NCBI GenBank assembly: GCA_963665325.3
Contig: OZ224045.1
Span: forward strand, 512,001 to 576,000
DNA length: 64,000 nt
Direction of reading: 5' to 3'
Source of the DNA: Alphaproteobacteria bacterium
Lineage (GTDB): Bacteria > Pseudomonadota > Alphaproteobacteria > Bin95
Shown: positions 9,358-18,471 of the stretch, piece by piece
Layout: each line of letters opens with the position of its first letter
Numbering within the stretch: the first letter of the stretch is position 1
Program-made: the position numbers and the translations under genes
The notes under the pieces: generated by a model
The model's input: the letters and a program-made list of their open reading frames with translations, nothing else
Database searches by the model: none
What the model was told of the DNA's origin: nothing

Positions 9358-10475
9358 CCCGGAGGCCGATATTCCGGAGAGCGCGCGCTCCTCTGGTGAT
9401 GCGCGCGATGACTTGGGTGCTCATGGCGGCGGTCCTGGGCTTCCTGCTCTGGATCGTCTTCGGTGGAGCTGCCGATGCCGGCGATCCGAAGGCGGAAGCC
9501 CGCGCCATCGGCAATGCCGGCACGGCCGCGGCACGCGCGATCGCGCGCGACGTTTCGAACGCTGCCGCCGTGCCGGGCTATGCCGGCACGAATGTCCCGG
9601 AGCGGAACATCGGCGCGAATGCGCTGGAGAACGAAGGCCGGGCCCGGCTCGCCGACCCGGACGATCCGGGCGGGCAGGCCGGACGCAGCGTCATCGAGGG
9701 CGTGACGGTCCGCCCGGACGTGCCCGTGACGGTGAGCGATCCCGGCGTCGCGCGCGGCAAGGCCGTCGCCGCCGATCCGGGCAATGCCGCCCACGGCGCC
9801 GACAATCTCGCCTCGGGCAGCGTCACGGACTGCGGCGCGGGACTGCCGGACGCCCGGGACGGCGGGAGTTGCGGCTCGGTCCGCTGGTGCGTCGGCGCCG
9901 GCTGCGAGACGGTGGCGCCGGAGGCCAATACCGGCTTCGTCGAGGCGACGACGCGGCTCAACATGGCGCTGGAGCTGGGCGGCGAGGAATTCGACCGGGA
10001 GAACCTGCGCTTCTTCGCCGGCAAGCGCCGGCGCTGCCACATCCATTTCGGGGGGCTGGCGAACTGCTGCAAGAACAGCGGTCTGCTGGTTGGATTGGCC
10101 AACTGCTCGGCGTCGGAGAAGGAACTGGCGAAGGAGCGCAACGCGGGCAACACGCACTATCTCGGCAGATACTGCTCGAAGCGCGTCTTCGGCATCTGCA
10201 TCCGCCGCTCGCGGGCCTGGTGCGTGTTCGGGTCCAAGCTCGGGCGCATCCTGCACCAGCAGGCGCGGCCGCAGCTCGGGATCGGCTGGGGCAGCTGCCG
10301 GGGCTTCAGCGTGGCCGAGGTCGAACGCATCGACTTTGCGCGCCTCGATCTCTCCGAGTTCACCGAGGACCTGATGGACGGATCGAGGGAGCCGGCCGTG
10401 ACCCTGCCCGAGGCGGGCGCGACGCAGTCGGTCATGCGCGACCGGGTGCGCGACTTCTACGGGCGGCAACCGTGA
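9354..10475 (+). CDS. traN: TraN mating-pair stabilisation protein (short form)
   Basis: Cys-rich C-terminus: NCC, YCSK, WCVFGSKLGRILHQQAR, CRGF, IDFARLDLSEF. Confidence 0.9.
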   Translation: MTRRPIFRRARAPLVMRAMTWVLMAAVLGFLLWIVFGGAADAGDPKAEARAIGNAGTAAARAIARDVSNAAAVPGYAGTNVPERNIGANALENEGRARLADPDDPGGQAGRSVIEGVTVRPDVPVTVSDPGVARGKAVAADPGNAAHGADNLASGSVTDCGAGLPDARDGGSCGSVRWCVGAGCETVAPEANTGFVEATTRLNMALELGGEEFDRENLRFFAGKRRRCHIHFGGLANCCKNSGLLVGLANCSASEKELAKERNAGNTHYLGRYCSKRVFGICIRRSRAWCVFGSKLGRILHQQARPQLGIGWGSCRGFSVAEVERIDFARLDLSEFTEDLMDGSREPAVTLPEAGATQSVMRDRVRDFYGRQP

Positions 10476-11338
10476 TGGCGCGCGCCGTGAAACCGGCCCT
10501 CCGGCGTACTCTGGGACGCGTCCTCGCGGCGCTCGGCGTCTGGGCGGCGCTCGGCGCCCCGGCGGCGGGCGGGGACACTCGTGCCGGAGAATGGCGGTCC
10601 TGGTGCACCGATCCGGGCTCCGGCGCCTCGCTCGGCTGGCACTTCTACTGCGACCGGGAGGAAGAGCGGCGGGAAGCCGAACCGGCGCCGGCGCAGCCTC
10701 CCACCGAGCCACCAGCCGCCAGGGAAAGTCAGTCGGCCACCGAACGCATCCTGGCGCTGCGCCGGGCGCTGGAGGAGGCCCGCGCCGAGGCGATCCTCGA
10801 TCCGACGCCGGAGAAGGTGACTGCCTATCTACGCCTCCAGCAGGAGACGCTGCAACGGGCCGCCGTCTTCTCCGACGCCTTCCGGCGCACGGTCTGGTCG
10901 ACGCCGGATCTCGACTACACGCTCCGCCGTCCCGTGGGCGCGCTCGCCAAGCAGGTCTGGTCGGACGGGAGGCGCGAAGCGCGCGACGCCGCGCTGGCGC
11001 GTCTCGGCGACCGCTACGGGCTGATCTATCTCGGCCACGCCGGGTGCGCCGGATGCAAGGTGTTCGGCCCGCTCTTGCGCGCCTTCGCCATGCGCCACGG
11101 TCTCGATGTGCTGGCGATGTCGCTCTCCGGAGAGGCGCTGGAGGGCTGGCCCGAGGCGGTCGCCGACAATGGAAGGGCGGCCCGGCTCGGCCTCGGCAAT
11201 GCCCCGGTGCCGGCCTTGGTGCTCTTCGACACTCAAACGAAGCGCGTCCTGCCGGTCGGCTTCGGCGTGATGCCCGAGGACGAGATGGCCGAGCGCATCT
11301 ACGCCCTGACCGCACTGGAGCCCGGACATGACTACTGA
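10475..11338 (+). CDS. traF: TraF thioredoxin-like pilus assembly protein
   Basis: GWHFYCD, AILDPTPEKV..Y, CAGC thioredoxin-like motif, VPALVL. Confidence 0.9.
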   Translation: MARAVKPALRRTLGRVLAALGVWAALGAPAAGGDTRAGEWRSWCTDPGSGASLGWHFYCDREEERREAEPAPAQPPTEPPAARESQSATERILALRRALEEARAEAILDPTPEKVTAYLRLQQETLQRAAVFSDAFRRTVWSTPDLDYTLRRPVGALAKQVWSDGRREARDAALARLGDRYGLIYLGHAGCAGCKVFGPLLRAFAMRHGLDVLAMSLSGEALEGWPEAVADNGRAARLGLGNAPVPALVLFDTQTKRVLPVGFGVMPEDEMAERIYALTALEPGHDY

Positions 11339-12752
11339 GCGCAGGAATATCGCGGCTGCCGTTGCCATGGGCATGGTGCTGACGGCTACCGTTCCCGCGA
11401 AGGCGGACGTGCTCTCGGAGATGAACCGCTTCTGGCAGGGGGCGGCGGTCAATGTCACCGGCCCGACCGCGTTCAACGGCCAGGCCTCCGGGCACTGGAC
11501 GCTCGGCAATCTCTATCTCCGCGCGCCGGTGCGCTCCGAGCAGGTCGCCACCGTGAGCCTGCCCTCCTTCCGCGCCGGCTGCGGCGGCATCGACGCGTTT
11601 GCCGGCGCGTTCTCGTTCATCAACTCCGACCAGTTGATCGCCTTCGGCCGCGCGGTGGCCCAGAACGCCGCCGGCTTCGCCTTCGAGCTGGCACTGGAGA
11701 CCATCTCGCCGGTGATCGCCGAGACCATGGCCAAGCTCCGGGCGCTGGCGCAATGGGTGAACGGGCAGAACCTCAACTCCTGCGAGACCGCCCAGGCGCT
11801 GGTCGGCGCCCTCTGGTCGAAGAACGACCGGGCGAGCGCGTCGATCTGCGCCGCCATCGGCACGTCGCAGGGCATCTTCTCCGACTATGCCGCCGCGAAG
11901 CACGGCTGCGGCGCCGACGGGAAGCGGAACTCCACCCTGGCCTCGGCCTCCGGGGCGATGGCCGACCAGGTGCCGGTCAACGTCAACTATGCCTGGAAGG
12001 CCATTCGAAGCTCGGCCTTCCTGTCCGGGGATACCCAATTGGCGGAGTTCGCCATGGCGGTGACCGGCACGCTGATCGTCACCGCGCCCACCTCGGACGG
12101 CGATACGTCGGGACCGCGGGTGCGCATCCTGGAGCCGCTGGCGCTCGATCGGCGGGTGACGGAAGTGCTGATGGAGGGCGGCGGCAGCCTGCCGGTCTAC
12201 CGCTGCGACACCAATACCCTCTGCCTCAACCCGACATTGGCCAGCGTCAGCATCCCCGCCGACCGGGGCTTCCGGGCGCGGGTGGCGGAGCTGCTGCGCG
12301 ACCTGGTCGACGCGGTGAGGAACGATACCGCCCCGCCGGCTGCCGCGCTCGGGCTGGTCAATCTGACCACGCTCCCGGTCTACCGGGTCGCCAATGCGGC
12401 CGCGGCCTATCGCGGCGCGGTGGTCGACCAGGAGATGGATGTGCTGGCCGAGGCCGTGGCGCTCGACGTGATGCAGGTCTGGCTCTCGGACCTGCACCGC
12501 ACGGTGGAGGAGCGCGCCGGGACCCTCGACATCGCCGACGGCGAGCAGCTCCAGCGCTGGCGCGAGGGTCTGCGCAGCAACCGCACCGCGCTCGCCCGGC
12601 ACCGCAACGAGGGGCTCGCCCGCTTCAACACCGCGCTCGCCGTGGTCGAGAAGCTGCGCCTGATCGAGACCGAGCTCGCCGGGGCGCTGTCGGCCGATCT
12701 CCGCGCCGCGCTCGCCTTCGCAAGAGGCGGCGCCGGGGCCGGGTCTCGGTAG
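11328..12752 (+). CDS. traH: TraH
   Basis: AGCGGIDAFAGAFSFIN, NSCETAQ motifs. Confidence 0.95.
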   Translation: MTTERRNIAAAVAMGMVLTATVPAKADVLSEMNRFWQGAAVNVTGPTAFNGQASGHWTLGNLYLRAPVRSEQVATVSLPSFRAGCGGIDAFAGAFSFINSDQLIAFGRAVAQNAAGFAFELALETISPVIAETMAKLRALAQWVNGQNLNSCETAQALVGALWSKNDRASASICAAIGTSQGIFSDYAAAKHGCGADGKRNSTLASASGAMADQVPVNVNYAWKAIRSSAFLSGDTQLAEFAMAVTGTLIVTAPTSDGDTSGPRVRILEPLALDRRVTEVLMEGGGSLPVYRCDTNTLCLNPTLASVSIPADRGFRARVAELLRDLVDAVRNDTAPPAAALGLVNLTTLPVYRVANAAAAYRGAVVDQEMDVLAEAVALDVMQVWLSDLHRTVEERAGTLDIADGEQLQRWREGLRSNRTALARHRNEGLARFNTALAVVEKLRLIETELAGALSADLRAALAFARGGAGAGSR

Positions 12753-12767
12753 GGGCCCCTATATATA

Positions 12768-15674
12768 ATGTACGAGCTCTTCACCCTCGGCGGCGGCGCC
12801 TACCTGGTCGACCTGCTGAACGCGGTGGCGGCCATTACCGGCGGCGGGGCGTTCGTCAACCTCGCGCAGCTTGCCGGCATGGCCGGTCTCGCCTGGGTGC
12901 TGTTCCGCACCGCCTTCGGCGGCTCGTGGAAGGACAACGCCAAGTGGATGCTGCTGTTCGCCGCCGTCTGGGGCGCGATGATCGTGCCGAAGGCGACGGT
13001 CAGGGTGGTGGACCGGCTCGATCCGGCGCTCGCGCCGGCGGTGGTGGCCAACGTCCCCATCGGCCTCGCGCTGTTCGCCTCTCTCACGTCGCAAGTGGGC
13101 GACGGCCTGACACGCCTGACCGAACAGGCCTTCGCGCTGCCGAACGATCTCGCCTACCGCCGCCACGGGCTGATCTTCGGGGCGCGGCTGGCGGGCAAGG
13201 CGACCCGACTGGAAGTGACCGACGCGGTGTTCGCGCGCAACATCCGCAACTATGCCAGGCAGTGCGTCTTCCCCGCCCTGCTGCTCGGCCATGTCTCGGC
13301 GGACGACCTGCGGGAGAGCACCGACATCTGGCAACTGGTCACTGCCACGGGCACGCCGTCGGCCGGGGCCTCGCCCGCGCGCATGATGGAGTTCGCCACC
13401 CGGCAGGCCGCGTCCGGCACCGGCGCCACCACCGTGGACCGGCAGATCGTCACCTGCCGCGACGCGGCGGGCCGGCTCAACGCGCAGTGGAACGCCGAGA
13501 TCGCCCGCGCCGGCACGATCTTCGGGCGGCGCATCTTCCCCGATGCAAGGACCGACGCTCTGGCAAGGGCCGAGCTTCTGGCCTCATTGCCGGCCGCGCA
13601 TGACTTTCTCATAGGGGCCTCGCGCTCGGCCGGCGAGATCATGCGCCAGCAGATGGTGCTGAACGCGGTCCACGACGCCGGCGAGCAATGGGCGGCGGAA
13701 GCCGGCAACGCGGCGGCCCTGCGCGCCTATACCGAAGCGAGGGCCGAGGCGCAGACGGTCTCCGCCTACCGGGCGATCGGCAGGCAGGCCGAGACCTGGG
13801 TGCCGCTGCTCAGGATCGTGTTCGAGTGCCTCTATGTCGGGGCCTTCCCGATGGCGGTGCTGCTGATGCTGACCCCGGCGGGCGCGGCGATCTTCCGCTC
13901 ATACGTCACCGGGCTGGTCTGGCTCCAGTCCTGGGGACCGCTCTATGCGGTGCTGCACCGGATATCCATGGGCGAGGCGGCCGAGCGCATGTCGGCCGCC
14001 GCCGCCATGCCGAACGGCGAGATCGGCATCGCGCTGGTGGCGCAGGCCGGCATAAGGGCGGTCGCCGCCGATGTCGCCGTGATGTCGGGCTACCTGTCGA
14101 TGTCGGTGCCGTTCCTCGCCGCAGCACTCGCCTACGGGCTCTCCAAGGCGACGGTGCTCGCGACCTCGGTGCTCGCCGTGGGCCAGGACGCGGCCTCATC
14201 GGCGGCGCATGAGGGCACGACGGGCAATCTCTCCCTCTCCAACACCGGCTACGACAGCCACCGCTTCGCGACCCTGGAGGGCCGCCAGATCCGCACCTCG
14301 GCCCATGTCGATACCGACCGCTATACCGGCTACGCGCCGGCGGGCGCGGGCATGACGGTGACCGGCGACGGGACGGCGGTGGCCGATGCCGGCGCGGCCA
14401 CCAGCCGCATCCCCGCCGCCGGCATAAGGCTGTCGGAGTCGCTCGCCACCAGCCACGAACAGCGCGCGGCCCACGCCCGCGGCCTCTCGCGGCACTGGTC
14501 GGCCGAGGCCGGACAGGCGAGGAACGCCGCCGTCACCGACGCGACGGCGCTGATGGAGCGCTACAGCCATGACGTCAGCACGGGCGAGGCGTTTGCGCGC
14601 GGGGTCACCGAAAGTGAGAGCAGCCAGGCGCAGCAACTGGACTCCCATGTCGAGAAGCTGTCCGAGATCGCCGGGATCAGCAAGAACCAGGCCCTCACGC
14701 TGACGGCATCCGCCAGTGTCGGCGGCGGCTGGAACGCGATCGTGAAGCTGGGCGCCGACGGCTCCGCCGCCTGGCGCGGCCAGACCATCGAGCAGGACGC
14801 CTGGAACCGGGTGAAGGAATACGACCGCCAGCATGGCGTTACCGAGACCTGGTCGAGGGTCTCGGAAGCGTCGCGGCGGTATTCGACGCAGACCGGCGAC
14901 AGCGAGATGGCGAGCCTCGACGAGAGCCTCAGCGCCAACCTCACCCGCATGCGGAGCTTCCACGAGCGGGCGTCGCTGGCGCGGCAGGAATCGGAGAGCT
15001 GGTCCGAGCAGGCCGCGCAGGTCCGCTCCGATGCGCAGGCGATCGAGCGCGAGCTCGGCCAGCCCTTCTTCGCCTGGCTGTCGGAGCGGGAGGGCACGGA
15101 CGGCCGCGCGATCGGCGCGGCCGGCGCCATGCGCATCGCCTCGCCGCAGACGCCGGAGGACGCCGAGCAGCTTCGGGAACAGGCCGCCGCCTTCGTCGCC
15201 GAACACTACCCCGCGCCGTCCGGACCCGATCCCTCCACCGTCGGCGGCGCGGCGGAATACGGCGCCGCAACCGGGCAGCTGCGCGAGGATTACGCCCGTG
15301 AGACCGCGGCGGCCCATGCCGGCTGGTCGGCCGGCGTGCGCGACCGGGCCGTCGCGGCGGGCGCACCCGGTCCGGGCGAGACCGAGGCCGCGGCCCGCAC
15401 CGGGCGCGCGGAGACGAAGACCGACACGATCGTGAAGGGCGCCGCCCGCGAGGCGCGAGAGAGCGTCACCAGGGACGAGGCGGCGCAAGGCCGCGCCGGC
15501 GTCGCGGTCGAGGCGAAAAAACCCTTCGAGGAGCATGCCACCGAGAACCTGCCCCTTGTCGGCGGCTGGCTCGCCGGACAGCTCTTCGGCAGCGCGAAGA
15601 ACGCCGCGCCGGACGGTACGGACAGGGCCGGTCGGACACAGGACGAAAGAGGCTGGGGAGATTCGTCGCCGTGA
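12768..15674 (+). CDS. traG: TraG (F-type) mating-pair stabilisation / inner membrane protein
   Basis: LNAVAA, VANVPIGLA, WLQSWGPLYAVL, multiple TMs followed by a long Ser/Ala-rich domain. Confidence 0.93.
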   Translation: MYELFTLGGGAYLVDLLNAVAAITGGGAFVNLAQLAGMAGLAWVLFRTAFGGSWKDNAKWMLLFAAVWGAMIVPKATVRVVDRLDPALAPAVVANVPIGLALFASLTSQVGDGLTRLTEQAFALPNDLAYRRHGLIFGARLAGKATRLEVTDAVFARNIRNYARQCVFPALLLGHVSADDLRESTDIWQLVTATGTPSAGASPARMMEFATRQAASGTGATTVDRQIVTCRDAAGRLNAQWNAEIARAGTIFGRRIFPDARTDALARAELLASLPAAHDFLIGASRSAGEIMRQQMVLNAVHDAGEQWAAEAGNAAALRAYTEARAEAQTVSAYRAIGRQAETWVPLLRIVFECLYVGAFPMAVLLMLTPAGAAIFRSYVTGLVWLQSWGPLYAVLHRISMGEAAERMSAAAAMPNGEIGIALVAQAGIRAVAADVAVMSGYLSMSVPFLAAALAYGLSKATVLATSVLAVGQDAASSAAHEGTTGNLSLSNTGYDSHRFATLEGRQIRTSAHVDTDRYTGYAPAGAGMTVTGDGTAVADAGAATSRIPAAGIRLSESLATSHEQRAAHARGLSRHWSAEAGQARNAAVTDATALMERYSHDVSTGEAFARGVTESESSQAQQLDSHVEKLSEIAGISKNQALTLTASASVGGGWNAIVKLGADGSAAWRGQTIEQDAWNRVKEYDRQHGVTETWSRVSEASRRYSTQTGDSEMASLDESLSANLTRMRSFHERASLARQESESWSEQAAQVRSDAQAIERELGQPFFAWLSEREGTDGRAIGAAGAMRIASPQTPEDAEQLREQAAAFVAEHYPAPSGPDPSTVGGAAEYGAATGQLREDYARETAAAHAGWSAGVRDRAVAAGAPGPGETEAAARTGRAETKTDTIVKGAAREARESVTRDEAAQGRAGVAVEAKKPFEEHATENLPLVGGWLAGQLFGSAKNAAPDGTDRAGRTQDERGWGDSSP

Positions 15675-15688
15675 CGCCGGTTCCGGTC

Positions 15689-16036
15689 TCAGTCCCCGCG
15701 CATCGGGCGCTCATGTTCCTCGGCGACCCGCATCCAGGCGTACTCCCCGGAACGGGTATCCCAATCGAAGTTCTCCTCGCGGCCGTCCGGCAGCTCGTAA
15801 TCGCGGAAGGCGGACCAGTCGCGGTGGACGAAGCCGCGCCGCAGCGCCAGCGCCAGCGAGGCCGGCACGCTCCAGAGGACCGCCGCCAGCCAGAGCGGGC
15901 CGATGGCGTCCATGCCGATCCCGAGGATCGCCGCAATCAACGAGTACAGGGCCGCGACGGCGAACCCGCCGAGCACGAAGGCGCGCTCGCGCCGGGAATG
16001 CCGCTGCCGGTCCTTCGATGTACGCGTCATGGTCAT
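15689..16036 (-). CDS. Small two-TM membrane protein convergent with traG; entry-exclusion candidate
   Basis: GGAGG RBS before ATG at 16036; two hydrophobic helices and a charged C-terminus. Confidence 0.6.
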   Translation of the reverse strand: MTMTRTSKDRQRHSRRERAFVLGGFAVAALYSLIAAILGIGMDAIGPLWLAAVLWSVPASLALALRRGFVHRDWSAFRDYELPDGREENFDWDTRSGEYAWMRVAEEHERPMRGD

Positions 16037-16155
16037 GGTCCTCCATCGTGCGGGCGAAGCCACAAGGCCGAGTGCCCGGCTCCGGGCTCCTCCGGCCTCA
16101 ATCTCTTCGCCCCGTCCCCCGCCGGCCTCCGGCTCCTTGCGGCGCGGCCCGCGCG

Positions 16156-18468
16156 ATGATCCGCGGCATCGGCGGCTCGACGCTCCGGGGCGGGCAGACC
16201 GTCTTCCACGGCATCCGCATGTGGGGCCAGCTGTTCCAGGCCGCGCTGCTGTTCGCCGCCTTCATGACGGTGGCCGTTCCGGCCTGGAACCTCTGGCGGT
16301 CGACCTCGGGCGCGGAATGGTACGCCGCCGGCATGGTAACGCTCGCCGAGACCAAGCTCGCGCTCGGCTACGAGCCGGACTCGGGCCAGGAAATCCGCTT
16401 CCCCGACGGCACCGTGCGCGTGCTCGCGATAAGCGATATCGCCGTTTCCGTTCCCGCCCTGGAGGCGCGCGAGCGGATCAGGGCGGAGACGTTCGCGAGC
16501 GCCTGGCTCGGCCTCCAGACCGGCGGCGGGCTGATCGCGCTCTTCCTCGCGGTCTTCTGGTATCGCGGCGTCCAGCTCGGGAGGCAGAGGCGGATCAGGG
16601 GTGCGGAACTCGTGACCGGGGCCGAACTGCATCGCCGGGTGCGGCCGCCCCATCTGCGCCTGCTCGACCGCGCGCCGGGCGGGAAGAGGCTCCGGCCCTG
16701 GCGCATTGCCGGCATCCCGTATCCGGAGCGCACCGAAACCCAGCACACGATCGTCTCCGGCACCACGGGCTCGGGCAAGACGGTGCTGATCTCCGACCTG
16801 GTGGCCCAGATCCGTGCCCGCGGCGAGCGCTGCGTGATCTACGACAAGATGGGCAGCTACACCGCGACCTTCCTCGATCCGGCCCGCGACGTGCTGATGA
16901 ACCCGCTCGATGCCAGGGCGCCCCGCTGGTCGCCCTTCCTCGAAGCCAGGAACCCCCGCGACTTCGACATGATGGCCGCGGCGCTGATCCCGCAGCAGAA
17001 GGACACCGTCGATCCCTTCTGGGTGACGGCGGCACGCCAGCTCTTCGCCAACGGCGCGGGCGTGCTGCGCGAGAAGGGCGTCACCGAAAACCGCGTCCTG
17101 GTCGAGCATCTGCTGAAGACCGACCTGACGGCGCTCGCCCAGGCGATGGAGGGCACGGTCGCGCAGTCGATCGTCGATCCCGAGAACCCGAAGACCGCGC
17201 TCTCGGTGCGCGCCATGCTGACCGCCAACCTCGCCGCCTTCGAGTTCCTGCCCGACGAGGGCAGGCCGTTCTCGATCCGGGAGTGGATCTCCCGGGAGCA
17301 ACAGGACGGGTTCCTGTTCCTGACCTCGCGCGGCGACCAGCACGCGTCCTTGCGCGGCCTGATCTCGACCTGGCTGGAGATCGCGGTCAACGCCATGCTG
17401 TCGCTCGCCCAGGACGACGGCAGGCGCATCTGGGTGATCCTCGACGAGCTGCCGACGCTCCACCAGGTGCCGTCCTTGCAGCCCGGCCTGGCCGAGTCCC
17501 GCCAGTTCGGGGGCTGCTTCGTGCTGGGGGTGCAGGTCGCCTCGGCGCTCCGCGACCTCTACGGGCGCAACGGCGCCGAGACCATCTCGGGGCTCTGCGG
17601 CACGCGGGTGGTGCTGGCGGCGCCCGACCGGGACACCGCGCAGTGGTCGGCCGACAGCCTCGGGCGCAGCGAGGTCGAGGAGGTCGCCGAGGGCTACTCC
17701 TACGGCGCCAACACCATCCGCGACGGGGTGAGCCTGACGCCGCGCCGCGAATTGCGGGCGCTGGCGCTGCCGTCCGAGATCATGCGGCTGCCCAATCTGG
17801 AGGGCTATCTCAAGTTCCCCGGCCCCTTCCCGGTCGCCTCCATCAAGCTGATTTACGTCGCCCGGCCTGCCGCCGCCGAGCGGTTCGTGCCGCGCAGGGA
17901 CGGCGCGGACCCGCCGTCGGCATCTCGCGACACGGATAAACCCGACGATCCCGCCACGGTGTCCGGGTCCGGCGGCGCGGAAACCGATCGGCCGGGCCAG
18001 CCGGAGCTGTTCCCGGAGCTGGACGACCTCTGCGCCGGCGGCGGGTCGAAGACTGGCGGAAAGGCCGGACGGAAACCGGCGCCCCGGAAGAAGAGCGCCG
18101 AACCCGTCCCGCCGGACATGCCGCCGGAGCCGGCGCCCCTTCCGGACGAACCGAACCTTCTTCCCCCTCCCGGCGCCGAACCGGAGACGGCAAACGGCGG
18201 CGCGGCGGGGGAAGGCGGCGATGCCGACAGCCTCCGCGTCGAGGAGCCCGACGCTCGACCGGGCGACCGTTTCCCGAAATCGGCATTGAATCGGAACGAA
18301 ACCGCCGGACGTGGCGAAGCGCCGGCAGCCGATGCCCGGAGCGCTTCGGAACCGAAAGGCGATGAAGTGGCAGACCCCGCGGCGAAGACCGGGGCCGGCT
18401 CGCCGGACAAGGCCGGTGAAGACGCACCGCCGCCGGAGGAAGGCCCCGCAAGGCCCGGGTGGTACTGA
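16156..18468 (+). CDS. traD: Type IV coupling protein TraD
   Basis: Two N-terminal TMs, GTTGSGKT, IYDKMG, LDELPTL, ESRQFGGC; long acidic/Pro-rich tail. Confidence 0.95.
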   Translation: MIRGIGGSTLRGGQTVFHGIRMWGQLFQAALLFAAFMTVAVPAWNLWRSTSGAEWYAAGMVTLAETKLALGYEPDSGQEIRFPDGTVRVLAISDIAVSVPALEARERIRAETFASAWLGLQTGGGLIALFLAVFWYRGVQLGRQRRIRGAELVTGAELHRRVRPPHLRLLDRAPGGKRLRPWRIAGIPYPERTETQHTIVSGTTGSGKTVLISDLVAQIRARGERCVIYDKMGSYTATFLDPARDVLMNPLDARAPRWSPFLEARNPRDFDMMAAALIPQQKDTVDPFWVTAARQLFANGAGVLREKGVTENRVLVEHLLKTDLTALAQAMEGTVAQSIVDPENPKTALSVRAMLTANLAAFEFLPDEGRPFSIREWISREQQDGFLFLTSRGDQHASLRGLISTWLEIAVNAMLSLAQDDGRRIWVILDELPTLHQVPSLQPGLAESRQFGGCFVLGVQVASALRDLYGRNGAETISGLCGTRVVLAAPDRDTAQWSADSLGRSEVEEVAEGYSYGANTIRDGVSLTPRRELRALALPSEIMRLPNLEGYLKFPGPFPVASIKLIYVARPAAAERFVPRRDGADPPSASRDTDKPDDPATVSGSGGAETDRPGQPELFPELDDLCAGGGSKTGGKAGRKPAPRKKSAEPVPPDMPPEPAPLPDEPNLLPPPGAEPETANGGAAGEGGDADSLRVEEPDARPGDRFPKSALNRNETAGRGEAPAADARSASEPKGDEVADPAAKTGAGSPDKAGEDAPPPEEGPARPGWY

Positions 18469-18471
18469 CCC

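Noticed and set aside
15535-16155. N-terminal extensions in the ORF track (traD, trbC from 7249, traF from 9413, TIR from 45466, PAPS-like from 50077)
   Set aside because: They overlap other genes or intergenic DNA; downstream starts with RBS or coupling fit family lengths.
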